Of a stretch of DNA of 64,000 bases, positions 8,441-17,831 are shown in pieces. A model generated the notes under the pieces. It saw nothing but the letters and a program-made list of their open reading frames with translations. It made no database searches and was not told the origin of the DNA. Position 1 is the stretch's first letter; every line of letters starts with the position of its first letter. Source of the DNA: an uncultured bacterium (GTDB lineage: Bacteria; Omnitrophota; Omnitrophia; Omnitrophales; Aquincolibacteriaceae); contig CAZSFZ010000001.1 in assembly GCA_964606385.1 (NCBI GenBank), forward strand, positions 67,519-131,518. Reading direction: 5' to 3'. The position numbers and the translations under genes were made by a program.

Positions 8441-8514
8441 CCCCAGACCGCAGACGACAGCCCACAGCAAAAGCTTTTTTAAGCTGCGGTCTTCAGTCTG
8501 TCGGCTGCAGTCTG
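8441..8514. repeat. CAGAC-rich composite palindromic element overlapping the pdxJ stop codon
   Basis: cagaccgcagacgacagcccacagc ... gctgcggtcttcagtctgtcggctgcagtctg; a related copy lies at 14005-14079. Confidence 0.6.
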
Positions 8515-9237
8515 AATGATTTTTTTCATCTCCTGAACCGCTTTGGAAAGACCGACGAAGACGGCGCGGCTTACGATCGAATGGCCGATGTTGAATTCGA
8601 TGATCTCGGGGATCGCGAGAAGCGGAAAAATGTTCTCATAATTCAGGCCGTGCCCGGCGTGAATGCGGAGCCCGAGGTTCCGCCCGAGGCGAGCGGCTTC
8701 GCGGATCCGGAGGATCTCTTTTTCCTTCCTTCTACCGGTAGCGTTCGCGTAGGAACCCGTATGGATCTCGATCGCGTAGGCACCGAGCCGGGCCGCTTCG
8801 CGCACCTGATCCTCAAGCGGATCGATAAAAAGGCTGACCTCGACTTTTTTCGCGCGCAAGGCGTCGATCGTCCTGACAAGCGGCGCCTTTTTCGAAAAAA
8901 GATCGAGCCCTCCTTCGGTCGTCAATTCTTTGCGCTTTTCCGGAACAAGGCAGGCTTTTTCCGGAGAAACCTTGAGCGCTACTTTAAGGATCTCGGGAGA
9001 AACGGACATCTCAAGGTTCAGGGGCACATAGGTCTTTTCGGCCAGCTCAAAGACATCCGCGTCCTGGATATGACGCCGGTCCTCGCGGAGGTGCACCGTA
9101 ATGCCGTCGGCCCCGCCCTGTTCAGATTCCAGAGCCGCCTCAAGAACGGATGGCTCCTCACCGCCGCGCGCCTGGCGAAGGGTCGCGATATGATCGATAT
9201 TGACGCCGAGTTGTTTGGATTCCGTGCGTGCGCTCAT
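8479..9237 (-). CDS. pdxJ: pyridoxine 5'-phosphate synthase
   Basis: GVNIDHIATLRQARGG...HLREDRRHI PdxJ signatures. Confidence 0.95.
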   Translation of the reverse strand: MSARTESKQLGVNIDHIATLRQARGGEEPSVLEAALESEQGGADGITVHLREDRRHIQDADVFELAEKTYVPLNLEMSVSPEILKVALKVSPEKACLVPEKRKELTTEGGLDLFSKKAPLVRTIDALRAKKVEVSLFIDPLEDQVREAARLGAYAIEIHTGSYANATGRRKEKEILRIREAARLGRNLGLRIHAGHGLNYENIFPLLAIPEIIEFNIGHSIVSRAVFVGLSKAVQEMKKIIQTAADRLKTAA

Positions 9238-9243
9238 AAGTGA

Positions 9244-10188
9244 TTATTTGGTGAGAGAACGGATCGCGACCTTGATCTTGACCGGTTCTTTGTCTTTCAG
9301 GTTCACATTTTCGGGCAGCAGCACCTGAAGCGGAAGCTCATAGTCCCCTTTGGTGAGGTCCGCGAGATCGACATAAGCCAGGAGGGTCTCGGAAGAAAGT
9401 TTTTCGAGAGAAAGTTTAGACCCTTTGAGCACGAGCGTTACCTTGTCCGGGTTCAGGTCCACGACCCCGCTCCCGCTGGCCGCCGGAGCCCTCAAGATCC
9501 GCACCGGGATATCCTTCAATTCCTTTTCCCCGAATTCTTCGCGGATCGGGATGTAAACATTGACGAGAGATTCGCTCATGGGTTTGACGCCCGCGGGGAG
9601 CTTTACTTCCACCGTCCGGTAAAACGAACGGATGCGTCCGACCAGATCGATCGGTTCGGTCTCCGCGGATTTCATTTTTTCTAGAACGCCCTTGGGGCCT
9701 TTGGTCAGGATCGCATTCGGATCCATGCGCAATTCGTCGGAAAGCAGTTTGTACCCGACGGCAGGCTCCCCGACAAAATCCGGCTGGATCTCGAGCTTCT
9801 GGACGATCAGTTCATCCAGTTTCACGTTCACGGTCTCAGGCAGGATCTTGACGACGCGGATCTGGAAACTCGGGACATTGATCTCGGGCGGCTCGAGACG
9901 GAAAGAATATTCCCCCGCGGTCTTGATCTCGGGGCCGATCTTGTGCACCGCCTGGATGTCCTGGCTCGCCAGGTTCACGATCAGCGCGCGCGGTGCGGAC
10001 AAAGTGACCTGCACCACTTTCGCGGAGATCTCGGAGACCGTCATCTGCGTGTTGCTCATCTGCACCTTGAGCGGGATCACGCGCATCACCTCGATATTCT
10101 CTTCGCCAACGGCATAGTACCAGGTCCCGACCGCGAGCACGAGCGAGATGATCTTCAAACCCCAGTTGTGGGTGAGCCACTGTTTCAT
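9244..10188 (-). CDS. cdaR: YbbR-domain protein (CdaR, regulator of diadenylate cyclase)
   Basis: N-terminal TM segment plus YbbR-like repeats; immediately downstream of cdaA. Confidence 0.8.
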   Translation of the reverse strand: MKQWLTHNWGLKIISLVLAVGTWYYAVGEENIEVMRVIPLKVQMSNTQMTVSEISAKVVQVTLSAPRALIVNLASQDIQAVHKIGPEIKTAGEYSFRLEPPEINVPSFQIRVVKILPETVNVKLDELIVQKLEIQPDFVGEPAVGYKLLSDELRMDPNAILTKGPKGVLEKMKSAETEPIDLVGRIRSFYRTVEVKLPAGVKPMSESLVNVYIPIREEFGEKELKDIPVRILRAPAASGSGVVDLNPDKVTLVLKGSKLSLEKLSSETLLAYVDLADLTKGDYELPLQVLLPENVNLKDKEPVKIKVAIRSLTK

Positions 10189-11006
10189 TTCGCGGGCTCC
10201 TTCCCGTGGAACTGAAAAAGTTTTTTGTTCTTATCGATGAATTCCTTAAAAACATTCTTGTTCTCGGCGGGCTTAAAGAGCCCTTCGAGGATCTTTTTCA
10301 TATCCTCAAGATCGAGCGCCTTGGTCAGCTTCCCGAAGACCGAGATCGAGATATTGCCGGTCTCTTCCGACACCACGATGCAGACCGCGTCATTCTCTTC
10401 TGTGAGGCCGATCGCGGCGCGGTGGCGCGTCCCGACGGACGGCGGAAGATCCGTCATTTGCGTAAGGGGAAAAAGAGAACCGCAGGAGGCGATCCGGTCC
10501 CCCGTGATGATCACGGCGCCGTCATGGGTCGGCGTATGCGGGTCAAACAGGCTGAGCAAAAGCTCCGCGCTTACCTTCGCGTCGATCATCATGCCGCTTT
10601 CAATATAATTGCGAAGGCCCACGTCCCGTTCCACCGCGATCAGGGCGCCGGTCCGGTGCCGCGACATATGGTCGCAGGCTCGGACCACCTCATCGATCGT
10701 GCCCCCTTTGCTCAGGAAACCGGTCGACATCGTGGTCCCGATACGCGCCAGCACGCGGCGCATCTCCGGCTGGAAGATAATAAGGAAGGCCACGACCCCA
10801 ACAGCGAAAACCTTGGAAAGGACCCAGATGATGCTGTTGAGTTCCAGGAATTTCGCGACGAGAAAGACCACCACCAGGATCACCAGCCCCAAAAGCACCT
10901 GCATGGCGCGAGTCCCCTGAAAAAAACGGATCACGGAATAGATCAGCACCCAGATGAAGAGGATCTCGATCAGCGGCCGCCAGAAAGAGATCAGAAGTTC
11001 GAACAT
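10185..11006 (-). CDS. cdaA: diadenylate cyclase CdaA (c-di-AMP synthase)
   Basis: Three N-terminal TM helices plus DisA_N domain (DGAVII, GTRHRAAIG, VSEETG). Confidence 0.9.
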   Translation of the reverse strand: MFELLISFWRPLIEILFIWVLIYSVIRFFQGTRAMQVLLGLVILVVVFLVAKFLELNSIIWVLSKVFAVGVVAFLIIFQPEMRRVLARIGTTMSTGFLSKGGTIDEVVRACDHMSRHRTGALIAVERDVGLRNYIESGMMIDAKVSAELLLSLFDPHTPTHDGAVIITGDRIASCGSLFPLTQMTDLPPSVGTRHRAAIGLTEENDAVCIVVSEETGNISISVFGKLTKALDLEDMKKILEGLFKPAENKNVFKEFIDKNKKLFQFHGKEPAK

Positions 11007-11007
11007 G

Positions 11008-11238
11008 TTATTTTTTCCCGAAAAGCGTGAAGGCGAGGGTCAGGATCAGGCTTAAAAGAACGCAGGTCGTGATCGGAAAATAAAAGGTGAAACTCCCCCG
11101 GCGGAGAAAAATATCGCCGGGAAGCTTGCCGAGGCCCGGCACCTTGTCAAAAAAGATCGAAAAGATGCCCATCCCTACCAGGATCAGACCGAAAAAGATA
11201 AGGGTTTTTGCGAGGTCGCTCACACGGGCTCCTTTCAA
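11008..11238 (-). CDS. DUF2905-family small membrane protein
   Basis: 76 aa, two TM segments, GKLPGDI motif. Confidence 0.6.
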   Translation of the reverse strand: MKGARVSDLAKTLIFFGLILVGMGIFSIFFDKVPGLGKLPGDIFLRRGSFTFYFPITTCVLLSLILTLAFTLFGKK

Positions 11239-11297
11239 GATTTTCGATAATATAGCACAGTCCGGAGAAGCGTTCCAAGCACTCTGTGCGGGAGTGA

Positions 11298-12317
11298 CTA
11301 AAAAAGCTGCTTGTCGGCGGCGGGAGGCTTGTGTCCGAAATGCTGGTAGGTGAGTTCCGTGATCACGCGGCCGGCAGAAGTGCGCTTCATGAAACCGCGT
11401 TGGATAAGATAAGGCTCGTAGATCTCCTCGATCGTTTCGGCATCCTCGCCGACACCAACGGCAAGGCTATTCACGCCCACCGGCCCGCCTTTACATTCCT
11501 TCAAAATGTATTTGAGGATGCGTTTATCCATCGGGTCGAGGCCTTCCTGGTCCACGCCGAGCATCTTGAGCCCCTGGTCCGCGACTTCCGTCGTGATCTT
11601 CCCGTCCGCTTTGACCTGCGCGTAATCCCGGACGCGGCGAAGCAGACGGTTCGCGATACGCGGTGTCCCCCGGGCGCGGCTCGCGATCTCAAGCGCTCCT
11701 TTTTCATCGACCGCGATATTAAGGAGCTTCGCGGAGCGCTTCACGATCGTGGCGAGGTCCTCATTTTCATAATAATTCAGGCGCTCGATGATCCCGAACC
11801 TGGAACGCAGAGGCGCCGTCAGAAGACCGCTCCGGGTCGTGGCCCCAATGAGTGTAAAGCGCGGCAGCTGCATCTTGACCGAACGCGCGTGAGGCCCTTT
11901 ATCGATCATGATCTCAATTGCGAAATCTTCCATCGCGGAATAAAGGTATTCCTCCACGACATGCGGGATCCGGTGGATCTCATCGATAAAGAGCACATCG
12001 CCTTTTTCAAGATTTGTGAGGATACCGGCCAAATCCCCCGCCCGTTCGAGCACAGGACCGGAAACCTGATGGATCTTGGCATCCATGCGCTTGGCGATGA
12101 TATTGGCGAGCGTGGTTTTCCCGAGGCCCGGAGGCCCGAAAAGAAGAATGTGATCGAGCGATTCCTTGCGGCCGATCGCGGCATCGATCGCGACCTTGAG
12201 GTTCTCCTTCACATGCGTCTGCCCGATGAATTCATCAAGCGTCGCCGGGCGAAGCGTGACCTCGATCTCGATCTCTTCGGGCTTGTATTCCTGGTCCAAA
12301 ATCTTGTCGTCTGCCAT
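11298..12317 (-). CDS. ruvB: Holliday junction branch migration helicase RuvB
   Basis: [18 protein letters not shown] Walker A; full-length RuvB. Confidence 0.95.
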   Translation of the reverse strand: MADDKILDQEYKPEEIEIEVTLRPATLDEFIGQTHVKENLKVAIDAAIGRKESLDHILLFGPPGLGKTTLANIIAKRMDAKIHQVSGPVLERAGDLAGILTNLEKGDVLFIDEIHRIPHVVEEYLYSAMEDFAIEIMIDKGPHARSVKMQLPRFTLIGATTRSGLLTAPLRSRFGIIERLNYYENEDLATIVKRSAKLLNIAVDEKGALEIASRARGTPRIANRLLRRVRDYAQVKADGKITTEVADQGLKMLGVDQEGLDPMDKRILKYILKECKGGPVGVNSLAVGVGEDAETIEEIYEPYLIQRGFMKRTSAGRVITELTYQHFGHKPPAADKQLF

Positions 12318-12323
12318 AGTTTA

Positions 12324-12380
12324 CCGGTCCACGGTCCAAGGGCCACGGGCCACGTAGTGCGTGGATCGTGGTGCGTGGCC
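12324..12380. repeat. CCACG/CGTGG composite palindromic (REP-like) element, copy a
   Basis: ccggtccacggtccaagggccacgggccacg tagtg cgtggatcgtggtgcgtggcc; tandem heptamers plus inverted copies; between ruvA and ruvB. Confidence 0.7.
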
Positions 12381-12384
12381 TGAA

Positions 12385-12987
12385 TTAAACATGTTTTAAT
12401 GCGTTTCGAATAATTTCTTCCACGGAAGGCTTTTTCCCGAGCATCGTCTTCAGTGTTTTCTGGATCGCTTCTTTCGCCTTGGGTTTTGTATAGCCGAGCG
12501 ACACGAGCGCCAAGACCGAATCTTCCACCATCTGATCAGAAACTCCGGAGTCATGGCTAATCTCTTTTCCCGCCGGGATCTCCGCTTTGCCGATCTTGTC
12601 CTTGAGCTCCACGATCACGCGTTCGGCGGTCTTTTGCCCGATCCCCGAGATCGCCGTGAGGACCGGTGTGTTCTTTTCCTGGATCGCGCGTTTGAGCTCC
12701 GGGAGCGTTACGCCCGAAAGAAGCGTGATCGCGAGTTTCGGCCCGATCCCCGAGATCGAGATCAGAAGACGGAACGCCTCGCGCTCTTCCTCCGTCGCGA
12801 ACCCGTAAAGAAGCTGCGCGTCCTCCCGCACCACAAAATGCGTGAAAAGTTTTACGATCTCACCCAGATTCGGCAGGCTCGAGAACGTGGAAAGCGACAC
12901 GCGCACTTCGTAGCCGACCCCGTTCACTTCCAGGATCACCGCGACGGGAGTCTTCTCCGCGATCTTTCCGGTCAGAGAATGATACAT
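12385..12987 (-). CDS. ruvA: Holliday junction DNA helicase RuvA
   Basis: MYHSLTGKI...; OB fold and HhH (ISGIGPKLA) motifs. Confidence 0.9.
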   Translation of the reverse strand: MYHSLTGKIAEKTPVAVILEVNGVGYEVRVSLSTFSSLPNLGEIVKLFTHFVVREDAQLLYGFATEEEREAFRLLISISGIGPKLAITLLSGVTLPELKRAIQEKNTPVLTAISGIGQKTAERVIVELKDKIGKAEIPAGKEISHDSGVSDQMVEDSVLALVSLGYTKPKAKEAIQKTLKTMLGKKPSVEEIIRNALKHV

Positions 12988-13470
12988 TTACTTGAACTGT
13001 TCCTTCACGTTGGGACGGGTGAAATAATAAATGAAGATCAGGTTCAGAACGATCGCGGTTAGGACCCCGATCGCGATAAAATAGAACTCCGAGCGCGTCA
13101 ACCCCTCCAGATTCAAGAACTGGATCGAACGACCCGGCATCCCTGAAGAAGCAAGCATTTCACGAAATGACCGCATGATGCTCGGAATGTAAAAAAAGAG
13201 AGGGATCCCGACCAGAAAATCCACCAGATTCACCGCCAACGCGAGCTTTCTGGCTTTCTCTTTGAAGCGGAGGATCCCGATGCCAGCGATAATGGCAAGG
13301 CCTACCGCGATCACCCCGTACCCATAAAGCGAGAGAACGATCCCGTTCGGCAGGGCTTTGTACAAGGAGAAAAAGACCCTGACATCCAGCACCGCGAGGG
13401 ACGCCACGCCAAAAAGAAGCATCAGCCATGCGAGCAGAACGACCCCTAACATTCTCTTGGGTTTTTCCAT
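12988..13470 (-). CDS. hypothetical membrane protein
   Basis: Four predicted TM segments; track ORF trimmed to an internal Met to avoid overlap with ruvC. Confidence 0.45.
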   Translation of the reverse strand: MEKPKRMLGVVLLAWLMLLFGVASLAVLDVRVFFSLYKALPNGIVLSLYGYGVIAVGLAIIAGIGILRFKEKARKLALAVNLVDFLVGIPLFFYIPSIMRSFREMLASSGMPGRSIQFLNLEGLTRSEFYFIAIGVLTAIVLNLIFIYYFTRPNVKEQFK

Positions 13471-13504
13471 GATCAGGATCCTCCCGGTTTCAACTTTTGC
13501 CGCT

Positions 13505-13981
13505 TTAAAATTTCCGGTTCGATGAATGCAAATGGCACATCGCGATCGCGAGGGCGTCGGACGCGTCAAGGGCTGGGGCTTCTTTGAGATTCAGAAGCCT
13601 TTTCACCATGAACTGCACCTGCTCTTTCGAGGCCCGGCCGTTTCCCGTCACCGAACGCTTCACCGCTGTCGGAGCGTATTCTATCACTTCGATCCCTTCT
13701 TTAGAAGCCGCGAGCATCGCGCAGGCGCGGGCCTCGCCGATCCGCTCGACCGCTTGGATGTCTTTAGCAAAGAAAAGGGTCTCCAGCGCGACGATATCCG
13801 GCTTGTAGCTCTGGATGTTCTTCTGGAGGGATTCGAAAATATGCAGGAGGCGTTTGGAGATGGGGTCCTTGGAAGCCGCGCGGATCGTGCCGCAGATCAC
13901 CAGCTTATAATCCCGGCCGCTGGTCTCCAGGATCCCGAAGCCCGTCCGGTGAGTGCCGGGATCGATCCCAATCACGCGCAC
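13505..13981 (-). CDS. ruvC: crossover junction endodeoxyribonuclease RuvC
   Basis: MRVIGIDPGTHRTGFGIL...; RNase H-like RuvC. Confidence 0.9.
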   Translation of the reverse strand: MRVIGIDPGTHRTGFGILETSGRDYKLVICGTIRAASKDPISKRLLHIFESLQKNIQSYKPDIVALETLFFAKDIQAVERIGEARACAMLAASKEGIEVIEYAPTAVKRSVTGNGRASKEQVQFMVKRLLNLKEAPALDASDALAIAMCHLHSSNRKF

Positions 13982-14004
13982 GGGAAAAACTCCCCGTGCG
14001 TAAA

Positions 14005-14079
14005 GACTTCAGACTTCAGACCACAGACCACAGCAAAAAAATTGCTTTTCACGCGGCTGTCTGAAGGCCGCTGTCCGCA
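14005..14079. repeat. CAGAC-rich composite palindromic element (tandem GACTTCA x2, GACCACA x2, then inverted arm) abutting the yebC stop
   Basis: gacttcagacttcagaccacagaccacagc aaaaaaattgcttttcac gcggctgtctgaaggccgctgtccgcagtct. Confidence 0.6.
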
Positions 14080-14084
14080 GTCTA

Positions 14085-14831
14085 TCATGCGAACTCTTTC
14101 ATCACTTCTTCGGGAATATCCGCATTCGAATAGACGTTCTGGACGTCATCATGCTCTTCAAGCGCCTGGATCAATTTTACGACGGTGCGGCCGCTGTCCG
14201 GCGATACGGCGACAAGGTTCTTCGGGATCATGGTGAGGTTCGCGCTTTCGATCTTGATCTTGGCTTTTTCGATCGCTTCTCGGACCGCCCAAAGGTCCTG
14301 GGGCGCGGTCGTCACTTCGAACATCGTGTCGGTCGAGGTCATATCCTCGGCCCCGGCGCCCAGCGCGATCTCCATCAGCTGGTCTTCGGTCGTCGCGGAC
14401 TTTGAGATCACAATGAAACCTTTTTTCTCGAACATCCAGGCTACCGTACCGGCGCTTCCCATATTCCCGCCGTTCTTATTGAAAAGACTCCGGAGCTCAG
14501 AGGCCGAACGGTTCTTGTTATCGGTGAGGCACGAGACCAGGACCGCCGCGCCTTCGGGGCCGAAACCTTCGTAAGAAATTTCTTCATAGGTCACGCCTTC
14601 CAGCTCCCCGGTGCCTTTTTTAATGGCGCGGTCGATGTTGTCGGCCGGCATGTTGGCTTCCTTGGCGGACTGGATCGCCGTACGAAGCCGCGGGTTCATG
14701 TTCGGATCGCCGCCGCCCGTTTTCGCGGCCACGGTGATCTCGCGGATGATCTTCGTGAAGGCCTGGCCGCGTTTCGCGTCCACGATCGCTTTTTTATGTT
14801 TGATGCTCGCCCACTTTGAATGTCCTGACAT
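14085..14831 (-). CDS. yebC: YebC/PmpR-family DNA-binding transcriptional regulator
   Basis: MSGHSKWASIKHKK... canonical N-terminus (Met65 of the track ORF); conserved yebC-ruvCAB synteny. Confidence 0.9.
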   Translation of the reverse strand: MSGHSKWASIKHKKAIVDAKRGQAFTKIIREITVAAKTGGGDPNMNPRLRTAIQSAKEANMPADNIDRAIKKGTGELEGVTYEEISYEGFGPEGAAVLVSCLTDNKNRSASELRSLFNKNGGNMGSAGTVAWMFEKKGFIVISKSATTEDQLMEIALGAGAEDMTSTDTMFEVTTAPQDLWAVREAIEKAKIKIESANLTMIPKNLVAVSPDSGRTVVKLIQALEEHDDVQNVYSNADIPEEVMKEFA

Positions 14832-14835
14832 GGTT

Positions 14836-14935
14836 CCCCCGTTAGAGTCTTTATTAGATTTGAAAAAATTCTCTATCCGAAATCTTAAAATCCATCCATC
14901 TTCCCACGTTAAAGTCATTTGAGACTCTAACGGGG
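14836..14935. repeat. long-range inverted repeat (CCCGTTAGAGTCT / AGACTCTAACGGG) enclosing an AT-rich ~70 nt segment with an inner hairpin
   Basis: 13-14 bp perfect inverted repeat in the folP-yebC intergenic region. Confidence 0.55.
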
Positions 14936-14952
14936 TAAATCCTGTAGCTTTT

Positions 14953-15801
14953 TTAAGATGGCGTTTTAGATAACCGTTTAATGGACTCCGTGATGCGCAC
15001 CACATCGCGCATCGCCTTAACATCGTGGACCCGGATGATCTGGACCCCGCTCATGACGGCCGCGGCCACGCAGGCCGCCGTCCCAAATTCCCGTTCGCCC
15101 GTTTCGCGGCCGGTCACTTTCCCGATAAAAGATTTCCGCGACGGCCCGATCATGACGGGAAGCTCCAGCTTGCGAAAAATCCCGATATCCTTCATGATCT
15201 CGAGGTTCTGCTCCGTCGTCTTCGCAAAACCCAGCCCCGGATCGACCACGAGCCTTTCGCGCTCGATCCCGGCATCGACGGCGATCTTCACGCTTTCGCG
15301 GAGTTCGCTCATGACCTCCGCGATAATATCCGTATAGCCTGTGAGCGTCTGCATCGTCTCGGACGTACCGCGACTGTGCATCAGTACAAGGCCCGCGCCG
15401 GACTTCTTGACGGTTTTCGCCATCTCGGCGCCGGAGCGCTTGAGGCCGCTGATATCGTTGATGATATCGGCGCCCGCATCGAGACACTCCTTCGCGACTT
15501 TCGGATGGATCGTATCGATCGAAAGAGGAACCGCCACTTCCTTGCGAATACGCTTCAGAACCGGAAGCAGCCGTTTAAGTTCTTCCTTGTCATCGACCGG
15601 TTGGGCACCCGGCCGCGTAGATTCCGCGCCGAGGTCCAGGATGTCCGCGCCTTCTTCCACTAATTTTAAGGCCTGCGCGCACGCGGCATCGGGGTCCAGA
15701 TAACACCCTCCGTCGGAGAAAGAATCCGGGGTGATATTCAGGATCCCCATGAGAAGGGTCCTGCCGAAGGCGACCGTATTTTGGCGGATCTTCCAGATCA
15801 A
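14953..15801 (-). CDS. folP: dihydropteroate synthase
   Basis: ILNITPDSFSDGG...GADILDLGAESTRPGA signatures. Confidence 0.9.
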   Translation of the reverse strand: MIWKIRQNTVAFGRTLLMGILNITPDSFSDGGCYLDPDAACAQALKLVEEGADILDLGAESTRPGAQPVDDKEELKRLLPVLKRIRKEVAVPLSIDTIHPKVAKECLDAGADIINDISGLKRSGAEMAKTVKKSGAGLVLMHSRGTSETMQTLTGYTDIIAEVMSELRESVKIAVDAGIERERLVVDPGLGFAKTTEQNLEIMKDIGIFRKLELPVMIGPSRKSFIGKVTGRETGEREFGTAACVAAAVMSGVQIIRVHDVKAMRDVVRITESIKRLSKTPS

Positions 15802-17750
15802 GCGACAGGCTTTCCGGTATCGGGTGCTCCGGTCCCATTCTCGGGCAAGGATGCCCCCTGGAGCCCGGTGACCTTTTTGATCTCCTCCGCGTCGATCACT
15901 TCTTTTTCAAGAAGCACGTCCGTGAGGAGCGTGAGCTTATCCTGATTCTGTTTCAAAAGCGTCGTGGCCCTTTCATAACAGCCGTCGACGATCTTGCGGA
16001 CTTCGCTGTCGATCAAGACGGCGGTCTGCTCGGAATAATCCTTTTCGCGCATCAGGTCGCGGCCCAAAAAGATCTGCCGGTCCTTTTTGCCGAAGGTCAG
16101 GTGCCCGAGCTTGTCGCTCATCCCGAGTTCGCAGACCATGGTCTGGGCGTAATGCGTCGCTTTCTCAAGATCATCCGAGGCCCCGGAGCTGATCTCTTTA
16201 AAATAGATCTCTTCCGCCACGCGGCCACCCAGAAGTACCGTGATGCGGTCGAGGATCTCGGTCTTGGTGATCAGATTGCGGTCTTCGTCCGGCACTTGAA
16301 GCGTGTAGCCTCCGATGCCGTAACCGCGAGGGATAATCGAAACTTTATGCACGGGATCAGCTCCCGGCAGCAACAGAGCGATCAGGGTGTGACCCGATTC
16401 ATGCACGGCCTTGATCTTCTTTTCGCGTTTGGAAATCACGCGGCTTTTGCGTTCCGGGCCCACCATGACGCGCTCAATCGATTGTTCAAGTTCCGTTTGC
16501 CCGACAAATTCTAACTTTCGCCTTGCTCCCAAAAGAGCGGCTTCATTGACAAGATTCGCGAGGTCCGCTCCCGAAAACCCCGGTGTCTGGCGTGCGATCT
16601 TCGCAAGATCCACGTCCGACCCGAGCTTCACGCGCGCCGCATGAACCTTCAGGATCTCCTCCCGTCCCTTGATATCCGGACGTTCGATCACGACCTGCCG
16701 GTCAAAACGGCCCGGGCGGAGCAGAGCGGGATCCAGCACGTCAGGACGGTTCGTCGAAGCGATCAGGATCACGCCGATATGAGTATCGAAACCGTCCATT
16801 TCCACCAAAAGCGCGTTCAGGGTCTGTTCGCGTTCGTCATGCCCGCCGCCGATCCCGGCAAAACGCTGGCGGCCCACCGCGTCGATCTCGTCGATAAAAA
16901 TGATCGCGCCCTTGCCGCCGGCCTTCGCGGCCCGCTTGGCTTGCTCGAAAAGATCGCGCACACGCGCCGCGCCGACCCCCACGAACATTTCCACAAAATC
17001 CGAACCGCTGATCGAAAAGAAAGGCACTTCGGCTTCACCCGCCACCGCTTTCGCAAGAAGCGTCTTCCCCGTTCCCGGAGGCCCCATCAACAACACCCCC
17101 TTGGGGATCTTGCCGCCGAGTTTCTGGAAACGCGGCGGGTCTTTCAGGAACTCGATGATCTCCTGCAATTCCTCTTTAGCTTCATCCACTCCCGCGACAT
17201 CCTTGAACGTGATGGGGCTTTTTTCCTTATCCACAAGCTTTGCACGCGACTTCCCGAACGAGAAGACCTTGCCGCCGCCCTGCTGGACGCCGCGATAGAC
17301 AAAAAACCAGAAGAATCCGATCAAAAGGAGCGTCGGGAAAATTCCCGCGAAGAAATTGCGCCAGAAAGTCTGCGGCGGGCTGATCGTGAAGTTGGCGACG
17401 TTCTTCCGGATCAGCGGGATGATCTCGGGGTCATTATAAGGAATATGGACCTGGAAATAGGAAAGCGAGCTGAGCTTCCCCTGAACCACATTGTCCACAA
17501 GCTCACAGGAAAGGATCTCGCCGGTCTCGGGATTCCGCGTGAGCATCCGGTAGAATTCGGAATAACTCAACTCCTTCAGCTCGAAATTCGGGAATACAAA
17601 GACCTGCAGCAGGAGAAAGATCCCGAGCGGGATCAAAAAAAGAAGGATCAACCGGCGCCGGTCGGGTTCCTGGGGCTTCGGCGGCAACGGCCGCCCGTTC
17701 TTGGGCCGCGACCCGTTCTTTTTGGGTTTGCTATTGACCGGCGTGATCAT
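15798..17750 (-). CDS. ftsH: ATP-dependent zinc metalloprotease FtsH
   Basis: AAA+ Walker [17 protein letters not shown] zinc motif; 650 aa. Confidence 0.95.
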   Translation of the reverse strand: MITPVNSKPKKNGSRPKNGRPLPPKPQEPDRRRLILLFLIPLGIFLLLQVFVFPNFELKELSYSEFYRMLTRNPETGEILSCELVDNVVQGKLSSLSYFQVHIPYNDPEIIPLIRKNVANFTISPPQTFWRNFFAGIFPTLLLIGFFWFFVYRGVQQGGGKVFSFGKSRAKLVDKEKSPITFKDVAGVDEAKEELQEIIEFLKDPPRFQKLGGKIPKGVLLMGPPGTGKTLLAKAVAGEAEVPFFSISGSDFVEMFVGVGAARVRDLFEQAKRAAKAGGKGAIIFIDEIDAVGRQRFAGIGGGHDEREQTLNALLVEMDGFDTHIGVILIASTNRPDVLDPALLRPGRFDRQVVIERPDIKGREEILKVHAARVKLGSDVDLAKIARQTPGFSGADLANLVNEAALLGARRKLEFVGQTELEQSIERVMVGPERKSRVISKREKKIKAVHESGHTLIALLLPGADPVHKVSIIPRGYGIGGYTLQVPDEDRNLITKTEILDRITVLLGGRVAEEIYFKEISSGASDDLEKATHYAQTMVCELGMSDKLGHLTFGKKDRQIFLGRDLMREKDYSEQTAVLIDSEVRKIVDGCYERATTLLKQNQDKLTLLTDVLLEKEVIDAEEIKKVTGLQGASLPENGTGAPDTGKPVA

Positions 17751-17831
17751 AAAATCGGTAGACCTCGTTTGTTTTTCTAAGGAAAAAGGAGACGTAGTCT
17801 AGCACGCGGGTTCTAAGATATCAAATCGGAA

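Noticed and set aside
8429-8470. Extended start for nnr (MLWAVVCGLGSSHV)
   Set aside because: This region is the left arm of the CAGAC palindrome, complementary to the pdxJ 3' end. The Cys/Gly/Trp-rich peptide is an artefact of the repeat, so the start was moved to Met15.
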